Shown: one piece after another, positions 10,759-22,923 of the stretch
Layout: every line of letters starts with the position of its first letter
How positions within the stretch are numbered: position 1 is the stretch's first letter
Notes under the pieces: generated by a model
What the model was told of the DNA's origin: nothing
The model's database searches: none
The model's input: only the letters and a program-made list of their open reading frames with translations
Translations under genes and position numbers: made by a program
Source of the DNA: Hormiphora californensis
Taxonomy: Eukaryota > Animalia > Ctenophora
Assembly: GCA_020137815.1 (NCBI GenBank)
Contig: CM035356.1
Span: forward strand, 3,410,001 to 3,474,000
Length of the DNA: 64,000 nt
Direction of reading: 5' to 3'

Positions 10759-11562
10759 CACGCTATACTCAATTTGCTCTACAATTAAATATTGATCCAA
10801 TTTTCAGGAAATAAGTCGAAAGTAAACGTGGTTTCTAATCCTTCTAGAAGAAAATACAACTTTGGAAGTCTTGTACTAACATATCACATTTTTTTATCTC
10901 ATATTGACCGCTCACGCCCTATAATATAATACGGAATACCTTCAGCTTTTTAACTCAGATATGATACAAGTATACTTGACCACCGGGCACTGGCCTAGCT
11001 CGGTCATATGGGCAGTGTTGTCTGTGTTCACAATGACATTATCAAATGTGCAACCTGGGTTAGATGCCCCATATGGCCATGAAGGCCCGACTGTGGTCTG
11101 AGAACCCCGGCTGCTGGACGGAGCTTTACTGAATCAGCTGTTCGAGACGGATCCAACCCAACCGGATAAAGCGTTCTATCTTATCACGAAGTCTTTGGCC
11201 TTCATTTTTGGTCATTTTGGATGCACAATGCACAACCACAATCAGAGGCCTGGATTTCGAAATAAAGGCCTCTGTCAGCGTATTCAAAAACAACGATTCG
11301 ACATGTGTACACGTAAAACAAAAGATCACTTATAATACATATCTGCATATTCTCTACTTCAACTTGCACTTCACAGATATCATCCTATTATTTGGCGCCG
11401 CCAGACCCCGTTTCAATTCAGTGCGCCACTCAGATATCGGGTTGGCGCCGCCAAACAGATTGTTAACTCTCAAATTCAACAGTTCGTTCGAGAGAGAGAG
11501 TTAACCATTAGTGTCTGACTGCTCCGTGCTCCTAGAGGGTTTCAGACCACAGTCAGACCCTA

Positions 11563-14500
11563 TTAGCCATTTGATTGGTTACTTTGGGAATTGCTAAGTT
11601 TTCTCGCTGCCATCGCAAAATTGTCTGTAATTGCTGAGAAACCTTTTGAAGCTTGTGATTGGGCCGGCTCCTCAGGATCTCTGAAAGAGAGGTGATATTG
11701 TGAGCTCAGGCTCCAAACAGATACACAGCCATAAATAGCTCAGCGATTTAAAGGGAGAAAACAATCGTTCCGATCCAGGACCTCTGGTTCAGGTTACAGC
11801 TATTTACCCCTGACACTTCAGGGGGATCAATGACGGCTATTCCCTGAGATTACAAGAAAATTATCCGGGAATAGCCAATATAATAGCCCTCAGGTCTCAG
11901 GGACAAATAGCCGTGACCTGGTCCTGAGATTCAGACACGATTGTTTTCCCCAATCAGATTTAGATAGAATTGTAGATCACCCAGCGCAATTAGCTTACTT
12001 CTTTGCTACCTTTCCTTTCCGAAGCTTGTGGAAGGCCTTGCTGGTGGTGGTTAGTTGGATCAGGTACCAGCTATGGACGTCCATTGGTATATCATGACGA
12101 TTATTGTTACCTAGGAGACAGAGATTCAGCCATGTTCTAGGCTATGTGCGTCTATGATCTAGACAACATGCTGTTGGGCCGAATATGACTTGTAGAATTC
12201 TAAGTTGTTAGGAATTAATAGTTGAAACTTTAATATAATGGCAAACCTTTTACAGCGGATGTAGTATCAGCCGACAAGACCACACACCATCCCAACTCTC
12301 CGACCTTCTGGAGAATGTGACAGCATATTGACTTGCCAACTTGACTATCACGTTTGTTGCGACCTGAAGTTAAGCAGTTTTTCAATGGAATTTCTCAACA
12401 ACGTGGACGACCTGCACCGGTGAGAATATGAAAACTACACTCTAGTTTGATAGAAATGTCTGTATCATTTGACATGTTACCATGGTAATGCATCATGTTC
12501 CCATGGTAATGTATCAATATCATACCATCCCAAATGTTGAGGTCGTTGAGGGTGAATTCTACTGACTTCAAAAACTCCCTCTCCTTCTGAATTCCCTCAG
12601 GTCCAACCCTGTTGCTAAGGACGCTCCGGACAGCGTTAACAAATATCTGGGGCCCGTTGATTATCCTAACTTTATCGTTCTGAAAGATACCCATTTTTTT
12701 TGATAGCAATTCACGTGACTGTGAATAGTAGGCCCGATATTTTTTGTTTACGATAACATAACAACCGATCTTCATCCCAGAATTGATCCACTTCTTGACG
12801 CATTTTACCTCATCGAAGCTGAGACAGACAACTTTGACCCTCCTAGCTGGACCCTTCTTGAAGGTCAGCGTTGTTTTCTCAATTAGTTCTGGGTGGCACT
12901 CAATAGACGCGTGGATCTTGAAACCCTGCAAAGCAAAATATTCGTAAAGGGGAGGTTGCCATGCCAACAGGGGGTGAAATAATAATCACAATTTATTAAT
13001 TTGGAGACGATTTATCAGTCAATTGAAGAACTGACCCGTGCGTAGAGCAGTTCTAGCATGTCGCACATAAAGTATCGTGTCTTGATTGCTTCCGTGCTCT
13101 CACACCACCAGGGCTTTTCAGCCAGCACAAACTCATGGCCACCGCTCTTCTTGTAGTCGTTCATCAGACCAGGCTTCCATATCTTCATTATGATCTGCAG
13201 AAGGATGTGTGTGTGGGTGACGTGTGGGCGACATGTGGGTGAAGTCCCTGCAGCTATTGTGCATAATACACTGCATATCATTATGATCTGGATGGATTAG
13301 CTCTTAAAACTCGATAGTTTAAATTTGTTAGTGTAACCAATATTTGTCTAGTGTAACCAATATCATCCACGAATATCATCAACAAGCTCACCTCTTTCAG
13401 ATCGTTTATAAGTTGAGTGTCGGAACAATGAATGACCCTGAGTTTATCTTTCTCGCTCAGGGATAGTGACAGGAAGGTGGCGTGTAGGGAATCCCAGTCG
13501 AAGGGAGATGTCGGCTCGTATTGGAATATCAGGGAGTCTCTGAAGTATATAATAGTTGTTGAGTTGAGGGAGCTGCAACTTCTTCGCCTGCAGCTTACTC
13601 AACAAGATGAAGGTTTGGTGACATAGACACCTGGCGCGACCCTCGCACAGGTGTCTATGTCACCAAGATGAAGGTGTGGAATTAGTACTGCCCTCTCTGA
13701 ACCGGGCCGACTAGTGTGCACGACATGACACGCGATGCAGTTGCTGAAATGTACCTGTGGTTTTTTATCCGGGCAGAAGTAACAAGATTCCAGTTTCTTT
13801 GGGTGAGCAGTAGAGTGAGCTGATGGAGAAGGGATCGGGCGGAGAATGCTAGTTTCTTGTTACACCAGGGACCTCCATTCAGGATGAGAATATATCCAGA
13901 AGGCAGAGAAATCTCCTGAATGATGACATTATTTAGCGGGTATGTATAGTCAATTCACCAACTCTATACTAGCTGGTATGTATTTCGTTGTGTCCTGCCT
14001 GTGAAACCAGTAATAAAGCTAACAACAACAAACTAAGAACCTCTTCTTCGGATCCGTTGAGGCTGTCTCAGGGATGTAGCACAGCTACGGCTACGTTCCC
14101 CGGCCCCAGCCTAAGAACTAACAACAAACAAACCTTGCTAATTCCGTAGTAACTCAGTAAAACCAAGTGTATTGCAACACTAACCTTGCTAATTCCGTAG
14201 TGCCAGGTGTTGGTGATGAGCTGTGTGATGGCGAGTTTGTTTGAGAGGCTACAGTTAGCCAGTTGGAGTTGGTTGTTGTGAGATATTGTTACTGACATGA
14301 ACTGGGATCTCCTCTCTTCCTCGTGCTGGTCACCTGCAAATCATGGGACTGTTTTTAATACGGGCGTTTGGAAAGGAAAAGCTTAAAGTTCTAATTCTGG
14401 GCGGCTGTTGAAAACTTTCAACAGAGAGTGAGAGCCCCCAGGGGGGGGTAGATGAGGTGGCGGTGGGGGCCTTATCTACGCCAAGTGAGGACTTTCGTTT

Positions 14501-15966
14501 ACCTCTTGGTGGCTTCTCTGTGAAGAACAGGGTACTGAGTTCAAAGTACCGGGCTAGGTCCGTAGCTAGAATAAGTTGAAATCCATTCTTATCAAGACGA
14601 TCGATTAGCTTCAGAATCAAAAAGTGCACCTAAAACAAGAAAACATGTTTAATGTTTTTCGAGCTGCATGCTTCCTTTTTCTAGTTTCTTCAATCATGTT
14701 ATTTGTTCTAAGCTGTAATTCGAAGCTTACATTTCTAGACAGCTACTGCCTATTATATATTCCTGCCAACTACTTATCAATTAGTTAATTAATTAATTGA
14801 TTGCAATTAAAATAATACCTGTAAGGCGAACTCGTTACTAAAGGAGAACCAGAAAGGAGAACCATTTAGCTTTATGTCACAGACCTCCTGATTGTAGTCA
14901 TTCTTTACCTGGGCAATACCCGGCTTCCAAACACTCTTTATCACACTCACTATCTGCAGGTGGAGAGAGAAATATGTTTGTTTGTTTGAGTGTTTGTTTG
15001 TGTTTGTTTTTTTCTGTGTCACTATACCACCCACGAGATTAATTACACAAACTCTCTGCGTGTATAGAGCAGGAATTCTCCCACCTCAATTCTTATCACC
15101 CTCTGCTGCAGCACCCCACACACCACCGCAACTTTTAACAATTTCTATCGGTTCAAGTAAATAGCCGTGACCTGAATCTGAGGTCCAGTCACGACTGTTT
15201 CCCCACTCTACTTACCACACTATACGCTTCTGGTGTGGGGTGAATCACTTGTAATGTTCGGGGCTCTCGGAGGGTTATTCCAAAATATCGAAGCATAGAA
15301 ATGGGATGTAACACGCCACGTTTAGCTCGATGTTTTAACTTTTTGATCTTTTGGATGACTGAAATAAGGAAACCAATTTATAATTAGTAAAACAAGGCAT
15401 ATGGGTAGCTACACTCGCTTACACCGGACTCGATATACACCGGATATCAGAATCCAATTCTTGACATCTGATCTAGATGATTCTAGAACTGATCTGATCT
15501 ATAGAAGCTGAAAACTCTAAAAACCAGTAATTCTAACCTGTTCCAGGGTCATCATCATCCTGAGGTCCATCATCATGGGGTATTGTGATTGTCCTGGGAC
15601 CATGCTGCTGAAGGGACCGATCAAATATCTCCCTCTTAGCCTTCTCCCCCTCACTGATCTCAGTGTTTACAACCACGGTTAGGCCGTTACTGAAGAACTG
15701 CGATATGGTCTTCTCACTTGGCGGTGATGACAGTTGCTCGAATACACCGATTAGTTGGGATACAGGGTTGAAAGCGACGGTTGTTTTATTATCACCTTCC
15801 TCGTTCTGATCTCCTCCCGCCCCAGATCCTCCAGCCGGGGTTTGATCTGGGTTGGTCTCGGCAGCAGCTGGCGGACCAGTGATCGGGGGTGCCGCTGCGG
15901 GGACCGCCTCTTTACTCGGAGAAGGCGATTTATTCCTCCTAAGCACGGTATTGTTTGAGGGGTTTG
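11563..15966 (-). CDS. Uncharacterised protein with four tandem ~120-140-aa repeats; 5' exon(s) not located
   Basis: Spliced exons give a repeated pattern: LRV/I...IxxxWKPG...EFxLxxxPW...GW/GFxLxxS...F (VIKSVWKPGI..DIKLNGSPFW; LILNGGPW; IIMKIWKPGL..EFVLAEKPWW; GIQKEREFLKSVEFTL). Ends with PMDVHSWYL and a stop at 11563. Confidence 0.8.
11753..11950. mobile_element. Degenerate ~200-bp palindromic MITE (intronic)
   Basis: GGGAGAAAACAATCGT...ACGATTGTTTTCCCC with inner inverted blocks. Partial copy at 15159-15204. Confidence 0.6.
13615..13666. mobile_element. 52-bp micro-MITE with 9-bp TSD
   Basis: 19-bp TIR TTGGTGACATAGACACCTG. GATGAAGGT at 13606-13614 and 13667-13675. Confidence 0.8.
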
Positions 15967-17569
15967 CTAAGATAAACAACTCGTACCAACAGGTACAGCA
16001 AGTCATATATGTGCAATATAATTAAAGAAATTATGGGCCTCGGCCTCAATCTATAATAATAATGGGCCTCAATCTATGATAATATAAAGTGTATCAATGC
16101 TTGTAATATGGTATCAAAATTAATAGCCTGAGGGTCATGCAAGATAGATTCCCAAGTTTCCTAAACTGCTTAAAGATGCTTTCTAAGTAAAGGTAAAAGA
16201 ATGAATTACCTATTGTACGCTTGAAAAAAGGACATCTCAAGTTATATCGCAACATACACAAAACACCATGTGTCGATATATGACAACCCACATAGTAAAT
16301 GATATCTCATATGTTTGTGTGTGTGTGTGGGATGCTATATCTGTAAGCTGAGCGGGCAGTAATCACACAGAGTTCATCAATGAGCGGGGTTAATTACTTG
16401 TGTATCTAATTAGTAAACTAATTAATTAAATACTTCTACAATACCGGACGTGTTATCAGATGAGGTTGCTACACTCATCATACAACACAAAATGTTCTGC
16501 TACGAGGACTATACTATAACAGTCAATATTGAACCGCGATAGAGACTGGTTACAAAAAGAGGAGAAGATGTTTGATGTGGATCAAGAGAAGAAGCTGTGG
16601 TTATATTTTATCATGTGTATAATATGGGCCCCTAGTTCAGCGGGATATGTTGATATGCTCACATGAAAGTTTGCTAGTCAAATAGGCATCATAGCTAGCT
16701 ATGTAGTAAAGGCTTGATCACAATATGGTTTGAGCTTCACAAGAAAATTCCTCATAAACTGATGAAGAGGTTCGCGATACAAATTCTTATGTTTATGGAC
16801 CACATTCATGGCTTTTTCGTAAACTGAGACCTCAGCATTCATGTCAGGCTTTCCAATATTCATATTGAATATGCAAATGTCCAGTATTCTAAGAAAAAAC
16901 AACGAGTAAAAAGTATAGATATAAAGAAAACTGACTACTTAAGTGATTGAAAATGCAAGCATAAGCTCAAAGCTGATAGAATTAATCAAAGAGAATGGAA
17001 ATGAGTGTACAAAACAGAACAAAATGTTCTCCCATAAATATACCACTCAGCAATGAGGTGGAATATACCGAATCCAGAGAGATAAAGGGATAGAAAGTGA
17101 TGAAGAGATGGAGTGTGGAAGATAGAGAGATGGAGGGTGGAAGATAGAGAGATGGAGGGTAGCGGGTTGATGACAGCAACAACAGCAAGCTGAACTAGCT
17201 GCTGGAATGGAGTAAGAAAAGTTAGAATAAACATTAACTGTGTCACATCCAATCAAGTTCTTGATGTGTCTAACTTGTTGATATAATAGACCTCCAAGCT
17301 CCTTCTATTATAATCACCCAATCCCTATCAAGCTATTGTTTATCGGGGGGGGGGGGGTGTATCTCTACCACATTTAGCTACCCCCCTCTCTCTCTAACTC
17401 ACACACACTCAATCTCTCTCTCTCTCTCTAACTCACGCTCACTATCTCTCTCTGCTCTCTCTCCCGATGTAACCCAGTTTGTCCAAGTATTATAATAGCG
17501 TACCCACGTGCAATCAACAACAAACACAAACTGTTGCCAGTGTCTCAGAGTGAGTGTATGTGTGAGAGG

Positions 17570-17620
<51 letters not shown>

Positions 17621-18064
17621 GAGAGCACAAGTAACCGATTAATAACTGTTATTAAGTCGAACAGCATAGGAGATCTCTGCTCTAGAGAATACCACGGGGG
17701 TTCAGGGAGAGAAGGAGGGAGTCAGAGAGTGAGAGAGTGAGAGAGAGGGAGAGAGAGAGTGAGATATAAAGAGGGAGAGAGAGATCACATAAGACGAAGA
17801 TATAATCAAGTCTCGGCGATTTGTAAAGGCAAGATCAGTGGTTCAGAGGTACCGCCAAAATCTTGTAGTCTCCTACTACTAGAATATGATTCTTTTGAAT
17901 CACAGGGACACAGGATCACCTATTTGTACAGCTCGCCAGCGTACAGTGATACCAATTGTGGTCATAGAAACCATTGAATCAAATAACAAGCACCCTTTCA
18001 TCAAATCCATCTCTCCCACACAAACACAATCTCTCACAGCCTCTCTTTCTCTATTCCTCCCTCC

Positions 18065-18095
<31 letters not shown>

Positions 18096-18463
18096 CCTTA
18101 CTAGTCACTGCCTTACCTCTACCAACCATAACGCAGAACATATATTAATGACTTAACATCACAATCAACAACTCAATATCGGCGCGATGTACTATATCTC
18201 ACATTGGCTGGTGGGCTCTAAGCCTAACTTCAAGGCGGACTTTAGGTGTAAAATCAAACTTTAAAACGACAGTTAGACTTCCAAATATGTCGTTTGCACA
18301 ATCCTACACATCGAACCCAAAGAACGGATTAGCACTTTTTAATCGATATAGAAACGCAACCAACTCTCGGTACGGCCGAAAACGCAAGTTCGCTGCGAGT
18401 AGGCGTGTGAAGAAAGCGCACAATTTTCCGGCCTTTCTCCCTGGCAATCCGCTCACGCTTAGA

Positions 18464-18521
18464 GCGTGATCACACCGGGATCTTCGAAAGAATTTTTTCG
18501 AAGATCCCGGTGTGATCACGC
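18464..18521. repeat. Perfect hairpin with 26-bp arms
   Basis: GCGTGATCACACCGGGATCTTCGAAA, 6-nt loop, then its reverse complement. Confidence 0.85.
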
Positions 18522-19425
18522 CCTTATAGTGTAGTCCTAAAGTCTGCAACCTCAACTTCTTCTGTGCCCAGCCACATTACATTTCCAACAAAGAGACTGA
18601 AGATAAAAGAGGAGTGTACGAGTCCTGTACGCATTTAATCATGCATGTTTATACTTTAACTGTAGTCTCTAGAACACACAGCTGCAATATTTCCAACTAA
18701 GAAAGTTTACTCAATTGCAATTGAATATGTGTGCTGCATAGGAAGAGATGCATGCGAACATAAGCCAAGCCATATATTATGAACTTTAAATTCGTATTAT
18801 ACGTTGGAACTTCTGAATTCTTAACTTCTGAAATCATTTAGACATCTAATGATCAGAAATCTAGGTTTCTGAAATCTGGGCAGTTGATCATTTCCAACCA
18901 CGAGTTGCCTTTATCGTTGTTATCGAAAGATATTACGATTAGAAATTAGTCATTGGTCGGTTGATGATCATATTTTAAAAGACAATTCAAAGAGACTTCT
19001 TAGACAATAGTTCTAAAGGACTTTTAAAATAGTTCTAAGAGAATTCTACTTAAAGATAATTTTCAAAGACTTCAACGCAAAGAAATGCTTATCTAGAACT
19101 TCATGAGCAATTAGCTTACCGATTCCTGAGGTGCAGGTTTTTGACCCACCGTACCCCGTGCCAGCATTCAGAATCCAGGTTGTGTAACAAGGAGATACGA
19201 CGTAATAGAGATTCGATACAATTGGAGATACGATAGATATTCGAGTTCCAAACAGAACAATTTTCTAATTTTTACTAATCTTTCTGGCTTCTATTAGTAC
19301 AACGAGTAACAAACATCATGCGTCCGCATTTAACAGTCCTCAATATTGCAGCAGCCTTTATACACACACATTAACTGAACACATCAGTCCATCACACCTT
19401 TGTATTCTGTGTGTCTTTGATCAAT

Positions 19426-19489
<64 letters not shown>

Positions 19490-20087
19490 CCCTCTCTCTC
19501 TCTCTCTCCACTACCACCCGCATTACAAGATCCAGGACACACTCTCATATACATACAGCGGTAGGAGCGCGGTACGCATCGTCCTTCAACAAACACCATG
19601 TGGTCACATTAAACGAATGCATGAGGACGGATAGAGGGATAGAGAGATAAAAGATAGAGAAAGATAGGGAAGGAGAAAGAAAGAAGGGATTTTCTCTCTC
19701 CTATCACTTTCTCTCGTTCTATGTTTAACAGACTGCTTCCATAGAGGTGTGTGTAGATTTGTATTATAACCATTTCACACTCTTCATGAACTTTTTTCAA
19801 CTATCCCATTTGGCATGAACCGAGATCTGTCCATGACAAACAATACCTTTAATGTAAATAAGGTTCATACAGTACTTCACTGCCAGCATCAACGAAAAGA
19901 TACCGAACGCCCACAACATTGCATAATTAATCATTATTGGTGAAAATGGGCCCATTCTCAACAAAACGCGCCTATTTTCGCTTGAAAGATCCCATCACGT
20001 GCCCATTTTCGCTTAACAGGAACGAACGCGTTTATTAAAAACGGGATGGGAATTGGTGATACGGCTGATTCTAAGCGGAAATAGGCG

Positions 20088-20582
20088 CCCCTCATCAGAA
20101 TGTCGCTCGGCAATTTCCGCATTGGCTCGGTGATTGGTTCGGTAACAACAGGTGGTTTGCCGAACCAGTGGCTCGGAGAGTCAAGGAGGTCGCCGAAAAC
20201 TTAACGCACTGATGGGGGCCCCCCCCCCCCCCCCCCCCCCAAAATGTCGCTCGGCAATTTCCGCATTGGCTCGGTGATTGGTTCGGTAACAACAGGGTGG
20301 TTTGCCGAACCAGTGGCTCGGAGAGTCAAGGAGGTCGCCGAAAACTTAACGCACTGATGGCCCCCCCCCCCCCCCCCCCAAAATGTCGCTCGGCAATTTC
20401 CGCATTGGCTCGGTGATTGGTTCGGTAACAACAGGTGGTTTGCCGAGCCATGCGGCCTTGTGCGGTAAGTTTTCGGCGACCTCCTTGACTCTCCGAACCA
20501 CTAGTTCGGCAAACCACCTGTTGTTACCGAACCAATCACCGAGCCAATGCGGAAATTGCCGAGCGACATTCTGATGGGGGGC
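20088..20582. mobile_element. Composite MITE array: direct ~145-bp units plus an inverted unit, separated by poly-C tracts
   Basis: AATGTCGCTCGGCAATTTCCGC at ~20098, 20243 and 20381, inverted at 20460-20580. CATCAG...CTGATGGGG ends. Confidence 0.8.
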
Positions 20583-20827
20583 GTTATGGGCGCGTTCGCC
20601 GTTCGAGCGAAAATGGGCGTGCATTGTTCAAAATGGGCTCGTTAATGCCCAAAACGTTCCCTTTTTCACCAAAATTGGTCGTTCGACCTTAGCTATGAGA
20701 CATGTATATAAAGCAAGAAGAGGTTAACTAGTAGTTTGTGACTCGCTGTACTTACACTATTTAATATATGCCCACACACACACTCATGTGTCCAGCGTAA
20801 TCACATGATACTATATCACATCTATCA

Positions 20828-20999
20828 TAGCACTGGCAAGTGCCCCGGGCCCAAAAGGGGGGTGTGGGGGCGCAGCCCCCACCTTAAACGGGGGTGTGGG
20901 GGCAGAGCCCCCACCTTAGAAATACCCTCTAACTCAAAAAATAAAAGAGAGAGCACACGGAACACTTCTACACACAAGCGCGTTAACCTGCCAGTGCTA
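20828..20999. mobile_element. Short TIR element with TA-flanked GCACTGGCA ends
   Basis: TAGCACTGGCA...TGCCAGTGCTA with an internal duplicated GGGGGTGTGGGGGC..AGCCCCCACCTTA. Confidence 0.55.
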
Positions 21000-21377
21000 C
21001 TATATACCATTGCAAATTTCGGGGTTTTTGATGCTTTAAAAATGCATGTTCCAGATGAAGTAGAGGGATGAAATTTTGTACTCTAAGGGCCCTCATATAG
21101 GGGAAGAGGCATACAAAATTTCAGAATGATCGGATGTAAGGTAAAAATTTGCCAGAGGGGTCCCAAAATGCAAACATGTAAGGGAGGGGACGGGAGGGGA
21201 GGAGATTGAGTGTTCTCCTAAACCAGAAATAGTAGAGACTTGCCGTTTGGAACATTGATTCCTTGCATTATTTGGCGTGGTATAGGCTATGTGAAAACTT
21301 CGAAATCGCCATAGTTCATTAATTATTCATTAATTATTCATTAATTATTCATTTTAATAACTTAATTGCGTTATATC

Positions 21378-21995
21378 TCCACTTCGGCTCGTCCTAAAAC
21401 GTTTTCATTGGTATATTCCGATTCAAAATAGTCGATTTATGGGGGGTCGTCCCCCAGACAAAAATTCGTATCTCGCACCGTTTAGCCGTTATTTGCATAT
21501 TTATGCTCAAATTCATGATTTTATGCATACCCGTTAAAATGTCCACTTTGGCTGACCCTAGAACGTTTTCTTGGGTATATTCCGACTCAAAATAGTCGAT
21601 TTATGGGGGGTTGTCCCCCGGACAAAAAGTCGTATCTTGCACCGTTTAGCCGTTATTTGCATATTTATGCGCCGATTTATGATTTAATGCATATTCTGAA
21701 TATTTCCACTTCAGCTGGTCCTAGAATGTTTTCATGGACATATTTCGACGCAGAATAATCGATTTATGGGGGGTCGTCCCCCGGACAAAAAGTCGTATCT
21801 CGTACCGTTTAGCTGTTATTTGCATATTTATGCGCAGATTTATGATTTAATGCATATTCTGAATATTTCCACTTCAGCTGGCCCAGAATGTTTTCATGGA
21901 CATATTTCGACGCAGAATAATCGATTTATGGGGGGTCTTCCCCCGGACAAAAAGTCGTATCTCGTACCGTTTAGCCGTTATTTGCATATTTATGA
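21378..21995. repeat. Tandem array of a ~163-bp unit (3.8 copies)
   Basis: TCCACTT... units start at 21378, 21542, 21706 and 21868. Confidence 0.9.
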
Positions 21996-22019
21996 TACCT
22001 GTTTACAAAAATCCTGAGA

Positions 22020-22116
22020 AACTAGACCAAAAAACAAAGGAAATTTGTTTGGAACACCCGTGGCCTTTTGTCGATACTTGACGCTGCGGGAAATGCACCC
22101 TTCGTCAGGGCAAGAC

Positions 22117-22215
<99 letters not shown>

Positions 22216-22449
22216 TGTGTGTGTGTGTGTATGCGCGTGCTAGAACTTGGAGAGAGATGGCACAACGATACCTAAATATAGTAGCTCAGTTGCCAAGCTA
22301 GACTGCCTTTCGCGAGCCCCGCACAAATGTAAAGGGAGGGTTAGAACATAACAAGTAGCTCAGATTATGGGTGCATTTCCCGCAGCGTCAAGTATCGACA
22401 AAAGGCCACGGGTGTTCCAAACAAATTTCCTTTGTTTTTTGGTCTAGTT
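22020..22449. mobile_element. Element with perfect 81-bp inverted ends enclosing (GA)n(GT)n
   Basis: 22020-22100 is the reverse complement of 22369-22449. Each outer end is a small hairpin plus CTAG-TT. Confidence 0.85.
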
Positions 22450-22853
22450 ATATTACATACTATATCATACTATGGTATTAAAATATCGGATAATAAAATC
22501 TGAGTGTTATAATAGTAGACAGACATATAATACTAGCTTGTAATATACTAATAAAGCTAGACCTGGGGACTCCAATTATCTAGACAGCTACTCAGGCCTA
22601 TATTATAGTGGAGACTGGGAGTCGGAGACAGCTACTTAGGTATGTTATAATAGTAGAGACAGGGAGTCGGAGAGATAGAGGGAGAGAAGGAGAGATAGGG
22701 AGAGATTGAAGGAGATGAGGAGGAATATAATTGCAAGTCGGAGAACAAATGACAGCTAAATGCATCCTCTAATCCGACCATAATGACGACAATAATCACC
22801 CAACGTGAGTTACAGGGTTAAAGTCTGCCGCAAACACAACTGGCGTAGCTGAT

Positions 22854-22856
22854 GAG

Positions 22857-22923
<67 letters not shown>

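Noticed and set aside
9895-10830. Diverged ~450-490-bp tandem duplication
   Set aside because: Differences are mostly scattered indels, consistent with low-quality consensus, so I drew no biological conclusion.
16699-16902. Small exon-like ORF on the minus strand
   Set aside because: It looks plausible, but I could not link it to a gene or family.
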